From a virus (Duplodnaviria; Caudoviricetes): a DNA stretch of 29,039 bases. The stretch spans positions 1 through 29,039 of the IMG/VR virus record IMGVR_UViG_3300044580_000453. One strand, 5' to 3'. Position 1 is the first letter of the stretch, and each line of letters starts with the position of its first letter. Positions 17,229 to 24,980 of the stretch are shown here, piece after piece. The translations under genes and the position numbers were made by a program. The notes below the pieces were generated by a model, which did no database searches, was not told where the DNA came from, and saw only the letters and a list, made by a program, of their open reading frames with translations.

Positions 17229-18914
17229 TCAAAACGGAGCTTCCTCGTCGCTAATCCCGCAGCCGACAGATTCGCCTTCATCGAACGGATCCGGATCCTC
17301 CAGCCGCGGCGGGATGGGGCCGAGGCTGTAGCGGATGATGCGGTCGTACTTCTCCCCCTCCACATGGCGAACGGTGATCGCCAGCGTCTTGACCAAAGCG
17401 CCGGCGTCGGCCAGATCGACCGCCTCCTGCACCGTGTCCGGCACCGGCTCACGGCTGCGTGCGCGCCACCAGGCCTCGGCCTTGGCACGGGCGTAGCCGG
17501 TGTGCTCGAAGCAGATCCATTCGGAGACATACTGGTTGAACCCGACGCGATAATCGACGCGCATGGAACGCGGATAATCCTCGGGGGCACCACGCTTAAT
17601 GTGCACGTTGTAGAGAGTCTCGGTGATCTCGTATTCTGTGTCGGTGATCGCACCGGAGAGGATGCCCTCCGTCGAGGCCTCCCGGTCGTGTCTCTGTCGC
17701 TCGCGCGGTGGGAACTCGAATCCGCAGTCCGGACAGACGGCATAAGCGGCGTGGATTACCGCCTGGCACCTCGGGCACTCTTTCGCGGGCGCATCGCCGC
17801 CGCCGGAGCTGCGGTCCTTGATCTCCAGGGCATCGACCGGCCCGTGTCGCAGGATGTTGCCGCCGAAGTCCAGGACCAGACAATCGGTCTTGCCTGGATG
17901 CAGACGGAAACCCCGACCGACCATCTGGTAATAGAGGCCCGGCGAGTTCGTCGGCCGTAGCAGGGCCACGCAGTCGATGTTCGGGGCGTCAAAGCCGGTG
18001 GTCAGGACGTTGACGTTGACCAGAAACTTGAGCGATCCGTCCTTAAACCCCTTGATCGTTTCCGCCCGCTCGAATGGCAGCGTCTCGCCGCAGACGAACC
18101 CGCACTCATGGCCCATCTCGCCAAGGACGCGCTGGACGTGCAGGGCGTGCTGAACGCCGGCGGCGAAGATCAGGACCGAGTGCCGGTCGGTGGTCTGGTC
18201 GATGATCTCGCGGCAGGCGGATCGGACCAGGGAATCGTCGTCCATGAGTTGCTCGACCTCGCCGGCGATGAACTCGCCGCCGCGAATCTGCAGACCGGAC
18301 GTGTCTACCTTGCGTTTGCCCGCCTTGCTCTTCAGCGGGCAGAGGTAGCCCTGAACGATCAGCTCACGGACGCCGATCTCGTAGCAGACATGGTTAAGCA
18401 GGTTGTCCGGCCCGCAGATCATGCCCGTGGTCATCCGATACGGCGTGGCGGTCAGGCCGATTAGCCGGACGCTGGGGTTGACCACTTTCGCCTCGCCCAG
18501 GAACGTGCGGTACATCCCCTCGCCGTCGGGCGGAATAAGATGACATTCGTCGACGATCACCAGGTCGAACCGATCCAGTTCCGTTGCTCGGCGGTAGACG
18601 GACTGGATGCCGGCGACGATGATTGGGTGCTCGGTATCCCTACTCTTGAGGCCCGCAGAGTAGACCCCGATCTTCATCCACAGGTCCGGGGCCATCGCGT
18701 GGAGTTTGTCCACGGCTTGTTCCAGCAGTTCCTTCACGTGGGCCAGAATGAGCACCCGACCGTCCCACTTGGCGACGGCGTCGCGGCAGATCGTGGCCAT
18801 CACCGGGGTCTTGCCCCCGGCCGTGGGGATGACCACGCAGGGGTTGTCCTCTCGCGTGCGCAGGTGGTCATAGACGGCCTCGACGGCCTCGAGCTGGTAG
18901 GGTCTCAGTTCCAT
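17229..18914 (-). CDS. SF2 DEAD/DEAH helicase (YejH/RadD-like) with C-terminal zinc finger
   Basis: PTAGGKT, DECH, GLTATP, LTTGFDAP and QMVGRGFR motifs, followed by CPRC...CPDC. Confidence 0.93.
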   Translation of the reverse strand: MELRPYQLEAVEAVYDHLRTREDNPCVVIPTAGGKTPVMATICRDAVAKWDGRVLILAHVKELLEQAVDKLHAMAPDLWMKIGVYSAGLKSRDTEHPIIVAGIQSVYRRATELDRFDLVIVDECHLIPPDGEGMYRTFLGEAKVVNPSVRLIGLTATPYRMTTGMICGPDNLLNHVCYEIGVRELIVQGYLCPLKSKAGKRKVDTSGLQIRGGEFIAGEVEQLMDDDSLVRSACREIIDQTTDRHSVLIFAAGVQHALHVQRVLGEMGHECGFVCGETLPFERAETIKGFKDGSLKFLVNVNVLTTGFDAPNIDCVALLRPTNSPGLYYQMVGRGFRLHPGKTDCLVLDFGGNILRHGPVDALEIKDRSSGGGDAPAKECPRCQAVIHAAYAVCPDCGFEFPPRERQRHDREASTEGILSGAITDTEYEITETLYNVHIKRGAPEDYPRSMRVDYRVGFNQYVSEWICFEHTGYARAKAEAWWRARSREPVPDTVQEAVDLADAGALVKTLAITVRHVEGEKYDRIIRYSLGPIPPRLEDPDPFDEGESVGCGISDEEAPF

Positions 18915-19762
18915 TTCACTGACGGCTTGGTTTCCTTGGTCTCCTCGGGCAGCGGGAACAGCTCTTTGGGGATCGCGTAGAGCCTGTTCAGCCTTTCACC
19001 CTTGAGGAACGCGGCCAGCGCTCGTTCTGTCTTGGCATAGACTTCTCGCTCATATGGCTGCGACCGTCGTCCCTCGTGGCTGGCGATCAGGAACTGGAAT
19101 AGCAGCACGACCGGCTGGTCGTGCTCACCCTTGGGCACGCCCGATCGAAGCACGTCTGCGAAGTGTTGAAGTTGATCACGATCGGCTGAGTACCAGGCTC
19201 GGGCAATGACCCCGCGGGTTGTCGCAGTGGTGACCCCCCGAAATCGGTTTGACCTGAACAGGTGATCCATGGCAAACCGAATCGCCTCACGGTGCCGGAC
19301 GAGCAGATCACGTTCGGCCCCGGGGGACCGTTTCTCCCGCCGGCCAAATCCGCCGATCATCGCTCGCAAGACCGCCAACTCGGCGCGAGTGACCTCGCCC
19401 AGCCCGCCGGCCAGGGTCAAAATCTGGTCGTTGCTCCGGCGTCTGCCGGTGTCGAGGACCTCCATGGCCTCATGCGGCTCGTTGACGAACACCCGCATGG
19501 GCACTGTGACGCCCGACATCACTACCGCCCAGAGCCGGTGCTGCCCGTCGAGCAGCATGCCGTTGGTGCTGAAGGCGATGCCCTGGTGGGTCAGTCGCCA
19601 GCGGCCGGCCTTCATTTCGCCGGCCAGGTAATCGACATGGCTGTCCATGAGCTTGCGATTGTGGCCGATGGAGTTGGTTAGCCAGTCCTCGGCCATCTGC
19701 GGAGTCAGGTCGACCACGCAGTTGAAACGATCCGATCTCGAAAACAGTTCTTGCAGAGTCAT
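18905..19762 (-). CDS. ParB/Srx-superfamily protein with DGQHR motif
   Basis: LTPQMAEDWL...HNRK...GRW...QGIAF...LLDGQHRLWA...DTGRRRS. Confidence 0.75.
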   Translation of the reverse strand: MTLQELFSRSDRFNCVVDLTPQMAEDWLTNSIGHNRKLMDSHVDYLAGEMKAGRWRLTHQGIAFSTNGMLLDGQHRLWAVVMSGVTVPMRVFVNEPHEAMEVLDTGRRRSNDQILTLAGGLGEVTRAELAVLRAMIGGFGRREKRSPGAERDLLVRHREAIRFAMDHLFRSNRFRGVTTATTRGVIARAWYSADRDQLQHFADVLRSGVPKGEHDQPVVLLFQFLIASHEGRRSQPYEREVYAKTERALAAFLKGERLNRLYAIPKELFPLPEETKETKPSVKWN

Positions 19763-20465
19763 ACCGAGACTCCTTTCAGATGCTTGACTAGGGAATCCAC
19801 GAGAACGCGGAGGTAGTCCGCATCAAACACTTCGATCAACACTCGGGCACCCATCTCCGGTTGTGCGGCAGATTCACGGCGGTCGTGGGCAGGGGAGGTC
19901 TACTGGTGCGAATCGGGGTAAAGGCGTTCTTAGCGATGCCGCCGGTACGCCTTGGCATCGCACGACGTCGGCCGTCACGGCCGAGACGGTGCGAACTGTC
20001 ATTCTGTGACAGTTGATCGGCGGAGGACTTGCGTTGTTCCAACGCGTGCCGGTAGCGGCTAACCATGTCATTGCTCACGCCTATGTGCTCCGCGATTGCG
20101 CGATCACTTAGATCCGGCCGCAACCGAAGCGCTCGCGTAACGGCCTTCGCCTTGTCCTCGTTCGTCCGCCGCAGGCCGTGGGTCTTGTTGGCTGCCACGC
20201 TCAGCCAGCGGGCATCCTTCCATTCACCGGTCACGACCTCGGCCAGGATTTCCTTGCGATTGAGCCGCCGGTGGGCGAAGAACCGGTGGAACCCGTCCAC
20301 GAGCCAGTACGTTGCGCCGTCGTGGACGACCGTGACCGGCGGGAACTCCGCGCCTGCCTGCATGTCCTCCATGTATTCCTGCACGACGGCAGGGCTGATG
20401 GCCGTGCGAGGCTGCGTGTCGCCGTCGATTCGCACGACCGACATGTCCAACAACTTTTCACTCAT
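19759..20465 (-). CDS. ParB N-terminal + HTH protein, apparently frameshifted near 19860
   Basis: QPR, FPPVTV, LVDGFHR, ANKTHGLRR and SDRAIAEHIGVS (HTH). The annotated ORF stops at 19836, but the -1 frame continues to a TGA at 19759 that overlaps the next ATG. Confidence 0.75.
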
Positions 20466-20477
20466 GTGTTTTTCTCC

Positions 20478-20870
20478 TTAGTTCGGGTTGGCCCTCGCGC
20501 CGCATATAGGACAGACGCTGACGGGAAACGCATCGACGCGAACGACCAGCCTTCCGCCTTCTATGCACTCGCATCGTCTTATCACCAGCAGATCGATCTG
20601 ACTGTCGTCCTCGTACAGGCCGGCGTGCTCGAGTGCATCGAGGATGCTTTTCAAGATGTTATCAAGGTCGCGTTTGCGCCGGTCCGGCGGAAAGGCATCC
20701 ATGCACAAGGCAATCCGCCCGCCCACCGGCGGCTTGCGCGGTCCGCTTCCGGCCAGGAGGGCGCAGACGTCCTCGCGGTACGCCCGGCCCTCCCGGCTGA
20801 TCAAGGTGCGTGCCCCGATGCGGCGGTAGTAATGATTGAGCGAGGGCGGCCAGGGCAGAATCAACACCAC
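20478..20870 (-). CDS. rusA: RusA-family Holliday junction resolvase
   Basis: LPWPPSLNHYY...PPDRRKRDLDNILKSILDAL...YEDDSQI. AAGGAG precedes GTG 20870/20867. Confidence 0.92.
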   Translation of the reverse strand: MVLILPWPPSLNHYYRRIGARTLISREGRAYREDVCALLAGSGPRKPPVGGRIALCMDAFPPDRRKRDLDNILKSILDALEHAGLYEDDSQIDLLVIRRCECIEGGRLVVRVDAFPVSVCPICGARANPN

Positions 20871-21034
20871 AGTACTCCTTTTTGCATTTCCTCCACGATG
20901 CGCGCGGCAGCCCGTCGTGCCGCGCCGCGGCGACGATATCCTTCGGCGCAATCCGCCACGATTCGCCCGTTGTGGGCCTTGAGACGCCATCGCCATTCAC
21001 CGCGACGATCACGGTAAAACATCAGTCGTAACAT
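20861..21034 (-). CDS. DUF1508/YegP-like single-domain protein
   Basis: YRDRRGEWRWRLKAHNGRIVADCAEGY. GGAGGT RBS before ATG 21034. Confidence 0.75.
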   Translation of the reverse strand: MLRLMFYRDRRGEWRWRLKAHNGRIVADCAEGYRRRGAARRAAARIVEEMQKGVLWC

Positions 21035-21246
21035 GATGATACCTCCGAAATACCTTGTACTTGCGCACACTCCAACACGAAATCCGCCTGTTCGCGCGTG
21101 CGTTCGATCAGGCGCAGATTGACATTCGTGGTCCAGAACCAACAGCCCCGTGCGTTCCTGGCGAGCCACTCATCGCGGGAGATTCGATGAATGGCCCAGC
21201 CAACACTCGAATCGTCTCTGATCTGGAACACGCGAATGTCGTTCAT
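21022..21246 (-). CDS. Hypothetical protein (74 aa)
   Basis: Fills the operon with an ATGA overlap at its start. Confidence 0.5.
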   Translation of the reverse strand: MNDIRVFQIRDDSSVGWAIHRISRDEWLARNARGCWFWTTNVNLRLIERTREQADFVLECAQVQGISEVSSCYD

Positions 21247-21539
21247 CGCAATTCTTGATTCTCACTGCTATGCCTTCTCGTTACCGCTTGCCCCGGATGG
21301 GACGGCTCCAATTGCTTTGCTCCGCAACGAAGACAAATGAGATCGTTCTCGCAGTTGTCGCAATTGCGGATCGCGATCATGACGTCCGGCAGCGGACACC
21401 AGTCAGGGACCCCTTCCACCGCCACGGCCGTTGGGATTTCGCGATGCTGACCACAACGACAGAATGCCCGATGGTTTGAATCAAGGTACTCTTCCCACGG
21501 GCAGTGCATGCATGCTGTGACGACGCCAAGACTCTTCAT
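21243..21539 (-). CDS. Cys-rich hypothetical protein (probable Zn binding)
   Basis: CMHCP, PDWCPLPD, CDNC and CLRC motifs. GAGGT upstream. Confidence 0.6.
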   Translation of the reverse strand: MKSLGVVTACMHCPWEEYLDSNHRAFCRCGQHREIPTAVAVEGVPDWCPLPDVMIAIRNCDNCENDLICLRCGAKQLEPSHPGQAVTRRHSSENQELR

Positions 21540-21545
21540 GATCGA

Positions 21546-21998
21546 TTACCTCTGCCACGGTGCCTTTCCGTTGCCGCCGGCCACAGGCACCCGTGGTGCG
21601 GATTCACGCTTCGAGTAGCCTTTGATCACGTTGATAAGCTCGTCGGTGTCTTTGCGCTTCTTCAAACCGACTGTGATGACCAGCGGGATGTTATGCAGCT
21701 CGACGCTGTCCTTTGGTGCCATCACGCCCACGGCCCGGCAAATGGCTGACAGCTCCGCACGTGCGATCTTGACCGTGTCGGCTTTTGGGTTGTCGAGGTT
21801 GAGTCTCGCCCACAAGTTGCGGCCCTTGAACTCACCCTCCAGAACTTGGAACGTAAGCTCCAGGTAGTTGCCGGCGCCCGACTTGGTGGGCTTCATCTCG
21901 CTTTCGGTGATTACCGCCAGGTACTTGCCCGCCGGAATCGGATCGAATCCGACCGACGGGTCCACTTCGTTCGCATTGAATCCGTTCAGGTTTGCCAT
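21546..21998 (-). CDS. DUF669-family putative single-stranded DNA-binding protein
   Basis: FDPIPAGKY...SEMKPTK..G.YLEL...GR.LWARLNL, ending PWQR. AAGGAG RBS. Confidence 0.85.
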   Translation of the reverse strand: MANLNGFNANEVDPSVGFDPIPAGKYLAVITESEMKPTKSGAGNYLELTFQVLEGEFKGRNLWARLNLDNPKADTVKIARAELSAICRAVGVMAPKDSVELHNIPLVITVGLKKRKDTDELINVIKGYSKRESAPRVPVAGGNGKAPWQR

Positions 21999-22001
21999 GG
22001 T

Positions 22002-22769
22002 TTATGCTCCTTGTTCTACGGGTTGTTTCGAAACCAATGGGTTCTCACCGCGCACAAACGCGGCGTAGACGCGATAGTCCATTGGAATTTCATCAGGCAG
22101 ATTCAGTCGGTTCTTGGCCAGATGCGCCGGACGCTCGGTGGTGCGGATGATCCGCTCGCCGGTGCCGACGCCCTTGAATTGGTCCTGGTCGAACTTTTTG
22201 CCGACCTTGCGGGCGTAGACCTTGTAGGTGGCAAATAGGACCTCGTCGCACCACTCCTGAATCAGTGCCGCAGCCAGCTTGTGCAGGCGCGGGCTATAGC
22301 GGTCGTAAGCCTCAGTTTCAGGATTCTCGAAGCGTTCGATTTTTGCGTGAGCGATCAGGATGATCTGCATGCCACGATCATTTCGCAGGGCGTTAAGGCC
22401 TTCAAGCACCTCGTGCCATTGCTTCAGGGCAAATGTGTAGGCCTTCTGGTAGCCGATATCATCCATGGATTCGACGCCGCGTGCTCGGCAAACATCTGCC
22501 CAGATTAGCCGCTCCAGCCAGTCGAGACTGTCAATCACGACCGTTCGGAAATCATGCTGTTCGGAGTAGATCGTACTCAAGGCGTTGAGCACGTCGCCAT
22601 ACTTCATCGCCAGCGGGAACCGCACACAGTCGATGTCGCCGAGGCCATCCTCGGTCTGAATGAAGATCGGAGCCTCGGCCATCGAGCCCCACGTGGATTT
22701 GCCCACCCCATGCACCCCATAGAGCATCACACGCCTGGGCAACTTGATCTTGCCTGTTTCCAGTTTCAT
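22002..22769 (-). CDS. Sak4-like / AAA_24 ATPase (phage single-strand annealing recombinase)
   Basis: Walker A YGVHGVGKST, Walker B VVIDSLD, plus ILIAH, EWCDEVLF and AKNRL. Confidence 0.85.
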   Translation of the reverse strand: MKLETGKIKLPRRVMLYGVHGVGKSTWGSMAEAPIFIQTEDGLGDIDCVRFPLAMKYGDVLNALSTIYSEQHDFRTVVIDSLDWLERLIWADVCRARGVESMDDIGYQKAYTFALKQWHEVLEGLNALRNDRGMQIILIAHAKIERFENPETEAYDRYSPRLHKLAAALIQEWCDEVLFATYKVYARKVGKKFDQDQFKGVGTGERIIRTTERPAHLAKNRLNLPDEIPMDYRVYAAFVRGENPLVSKQPVEQGA

Positions 22770-22814
22770 GATTTCTCCTTTTTCCTTTCTGGTTACTCTT
22801 CCTGATCGCGAACA

Positions 22815-22884
22815 CCGACCCGGGGCCGGTTCGGGGAGTCTGGACTGGCGTCCGTGCCGGTCACGCCACCCGGCCCCGGGTTGG
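22815..22884. other. Structured intergenic element: 15-bp stem enclosing an inner hairpin
   Basis: CCGACCCGGGGCCGG (22815-22829) pairs with CCGGCCCCGGGTTGG (22870-22884). Inner TGGCGT/ACGCCA stem. Confidence 0.5.
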
Positions 22885-22887
22885 AAT

Positions 22888-23784
22888 TCACAAGCTGTCG
22901 ATCATCCGCAGCGCCTCGTAGCGCGTCGGCCAGTGGTCATTCCGCTTACATTGCTCCAATTCTCGTAAGGCGTTCTCGTTTTGCTCTTGGACAGCATCGA
23001 GCACGGCGGAACGGATTTGCCAGACACCGCAGCGGTAAGGTTCTCGTTTCTCGACGGTGATCAGGTGAACGGGCACGACGCGGCCACTGACCCGCGCGAC
23101 GAGTGCCCGGTAGAACGCGAGCTGGTGCATGTACCCGAAGGTTGATGCCGAAATCTCGAAGTTGTCCAGTGTGTCAGCGGTCTTGAGGTCCACGATCCCG
23201 TGGTCGGGATCGGCGCTGATCCAGTCGATCCGCGCCTGGCACGCGTGGCCCTCGTACTCGCCGCGAACCACACCCTCGGCGGTGCCGTCGGCCAGCAGCT
23301 CACGGGCAAGGTCGTGCCCCTTGACCGCCGCCGCCATCTGTTCCACGAGGGCGGCATGATCGTCGCTGAGCACCGTCTTGCTCTGCTGCGCCGCCCACTC
23401 GGCGAAGGCCTTTGTCTTCGAGCCGAACGGCTGGCCGGTTTTCGGATTGATCGGGCCACCGACGGCGAACTCGCGGCCGTACCGCTCACGGCCTTCCAGG
23501 ATGAGCGTATGGGCCGCCCGACCGACCAGGTAGAACGTGCTGTCATGATCGGGAATGAGGCCGAGCTGCTTCTGGCGATAGAACAGCGGGCAGTGGCGAA
23601 AGTCGGCCAGGGCGTGGGCCGTCAAATAGTCTTTGCTCTTGGCATGGTACACGTCCGCGGGCTCGCGGATCAGAAAACGAAAATCGATGGTCGTCTTTGG
23701 CTTCGCGATGTCCTTGGGATAGATGTCCTTGCGGCTTGTCCCTTGGCCGATCCGAACGAGTGGTAAGCGGTCGTTGGTTTTCAC
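22888..23784 (-). CDS. PD-(D/E)XK exonuclease (RecE/ExoVIII, DUF3799-like)
   Basis: YHA...CP...GRAAHTLILEG...E....CQARIDW...IVDLKT...YMHQLAFY...VEKREPY. The true start may be downstream of 23784. Confidence 0.85.
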   Translation of the reverse strand: MKTNDRLPLVRIGQGTSRKDIYPKDIAKPKTTIDFRFLIREPADVYHAKSKDYLTAHALADFRHCPLFYRQKQLGLIPDHDSTFYLVGRAAHTLILEGRERYGREFAVGGPINPKTGQPFGSKTKAFAEWAAQQSKTVLSDDHAALVEQMAAAVKGHDLARELLADGTAEGVVRGEYEGHACQARIDWISADPDHGIVDLKTADTLDNFEISASTFGYMHQLAFYRALVARVSGRVVPVHLITVEKREPYRCGVWQIRSAVLDAVQEQNENALRELEQCKRNDHWPTRYEALRMIDSL

Positions 23785-24077
23785 AGGCCGATCCCCTCCA
23801 ATTCACGTTCGGCCTTCGCAATCTGACGTTGCCTTGTGTCAAACGCATCGCGGGTGATATTGAAATGCCCGGCATCGGCTTCTGCCAACTCCTGACCGAA
23901 CTCATCCAGCCAACGCCGCGTGGTGTAGATCCGCCCGCCGAATCGCGTGTGCTTGAGATGAATGCGAACGCCGTTGCGCCCTTGCACTCCGTACCGACAC
24001 CATCGCCAGATGGCCCCGGCCCCCGGCCCGCCGGGGGTTATTTGGGCGGCTTGCCCCAACGTGATGAACTCGTCCAT
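23781..24077 (-). CDS. DUF1580-like winged-HTH protein, probable excisionase/recombination directionality factor
   Basis: ITLGQAA...IWRWCRYGV..G..L....FGGRIYTT..WL.EF. GGAGG RBS. Adjacent to the att-like site. Confidence 0.75.
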   Translation of the reverse strand: MDEFITLGQAAQITPGGPGAGAIWRWCRYGVQGRNGVRIHLKHTRFGGRIYTTRRWLDEFGQELAEADAGHFNITRDAFDTRQRQIAKAERELEGIGL

Positions 24078-24118
24078 GTTTGCCTCCATCGCGAACGTCG
24101 CAGTCGCTCACGTTTCTG

Positions 24119-24233
24119 GAGTCTGTGACTTTCTGCGGCAAACCGCGTTTTTCTACGCGCCAGTCGCGTTGAACATCTCGATGTTAACGTTTTTTTCGGC
24201 GGTTTTCAAGCCGTTGCGCGGAGCGCTCCGCGC
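24119..24233. repeat. 115-bp perfect direct repeat, copy 1
   Basis: GAGTCTGTGACTTTC...GCGCGGAGCGCTCCGCGC is identical to 24348-24462 (offset 229). Confidence 0.95.
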
Positions 24234-24308
24234 TAAAACCACTGGTTTGCCGCACTGAACCCCGAAAGGCAGATACGCAACTATAGCGTTTGGCGTGAGT
24301 TACGAAAC

Positions 24309-24342
24309 TCGGAGCGACTGGATTTGAACCAGCGATCTCTTG
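24309..24342 (-). other. attP-like core: 3' half of a tRNA-Pro
   Basis: Minus strand CAAGAGATCGCTGGTTCAAATCCAGTCGCTCCGA gives a variable loop, T-arm (GCTGG-TTCAAAT-CCAGT) and acceptor strand ending CCG-A (C1:G72/A73, Pro identity). No 5' half is present. Confidence 0.8.
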
Positions 24343-24347
24343 TTTTC

Positions 24348-24462
24348 GAGTCTGTGACTTTCTGCGGCAAACCGCGTTTTTCTACGCGCCAGTCGCGTTG
24401 AACATCTCGATGTTAACGTTTTTTTCGGCGGTTTTCAAGCCGTTGCGCGGAGCGCTCCGCGC
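24348..24462. repeat. 115-bp perfect direct repeat, copy 2
   Basis: Identical to 24119-24233. Confidence 0.95.
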
Positions 24463-24612
24463 AACGAATGGCGTCGAGAATGCTTTGTAGAACATTAGGT
24501 TGCCACAAAGCCTCTTGATACATAAATATACTAGCATAAACTTCCTAATGACCAATTCCCTGGCCAAGCTTGGCTGAAAGACGGTATCCACATCCCCTAA
24601 TGGATCGAACAT
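24382..24612 (-). pseudogene. Possible truncated gene running into repeat copy 2
   Basis: AGGAG RBS 6 nt before ATG 24612. The first ~50 codons are AT-rich unique sequence and the remainder is repeat DNA. Confidence 0.3.
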
Positions 24613-24624
24613 GGATGTCTCCTG

Positions 24625-24969
24625 TCAACTGTTGCTCGGGGTGGATTGTCGCGCTTCAGCAACTTGGGAAGTCAAAGCAGCCAAGCCTTGCCAGTTCGGC
24701 ATCGTGCCGACCGTCTGATAGGCCTTGCGTGCCTGGCGGATAGCGGTATGCAGCTCGGGCCACTGCTGGGATTCATCCTCGGCCTCGTACATATGGCCGA
24801 TGGCCCGGAAGCGACGAAACTGACACTTGTCGGGTATGTCGTTCGACTCGGTAATGAGCACGTAGGCTGCGCCAAGATGCTTCTCGACGCACTCGATGCA
24901 GCTCGGCCGGCTCGGCGTGTAACCACGCCGTGGCACAACCAGTGGTGGACAATCGTTACATTTGCTCAT
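24625..24969 (-). CDS. Hypothetical protein (114 aa)
   Basis: GAGG upstream. CNDC and CIEC motifs. Last intact gene of the tail-distal operon. Confidence 0.65.
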   Translation of the reverse strand: MSKCNDCPPLVVPRRGYTPSRPSCIECVEKHLGAAYVLITESNDIPDKCQFRRFRAIGHMYEAEDESQQWPELHTAIRQARKAYQTVGTMPNWQGLAALTSQVAEARQSTPSNS

Positions 24970-24980
24970 CGTGGCCTCGC

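Noticed and set aside
24309-24385. Complete tRNA gene
   Set aside because: Only the 3' half is present. The upstream sequence is the direct repeat and cannot form a D-arm or the 5' acceptor strand.
24119-24462. CRISPR array or IS/MITE ends
   Set aside because: Only two copies, 115 bp long and in direct orientation. No cas or transposase gene is present.
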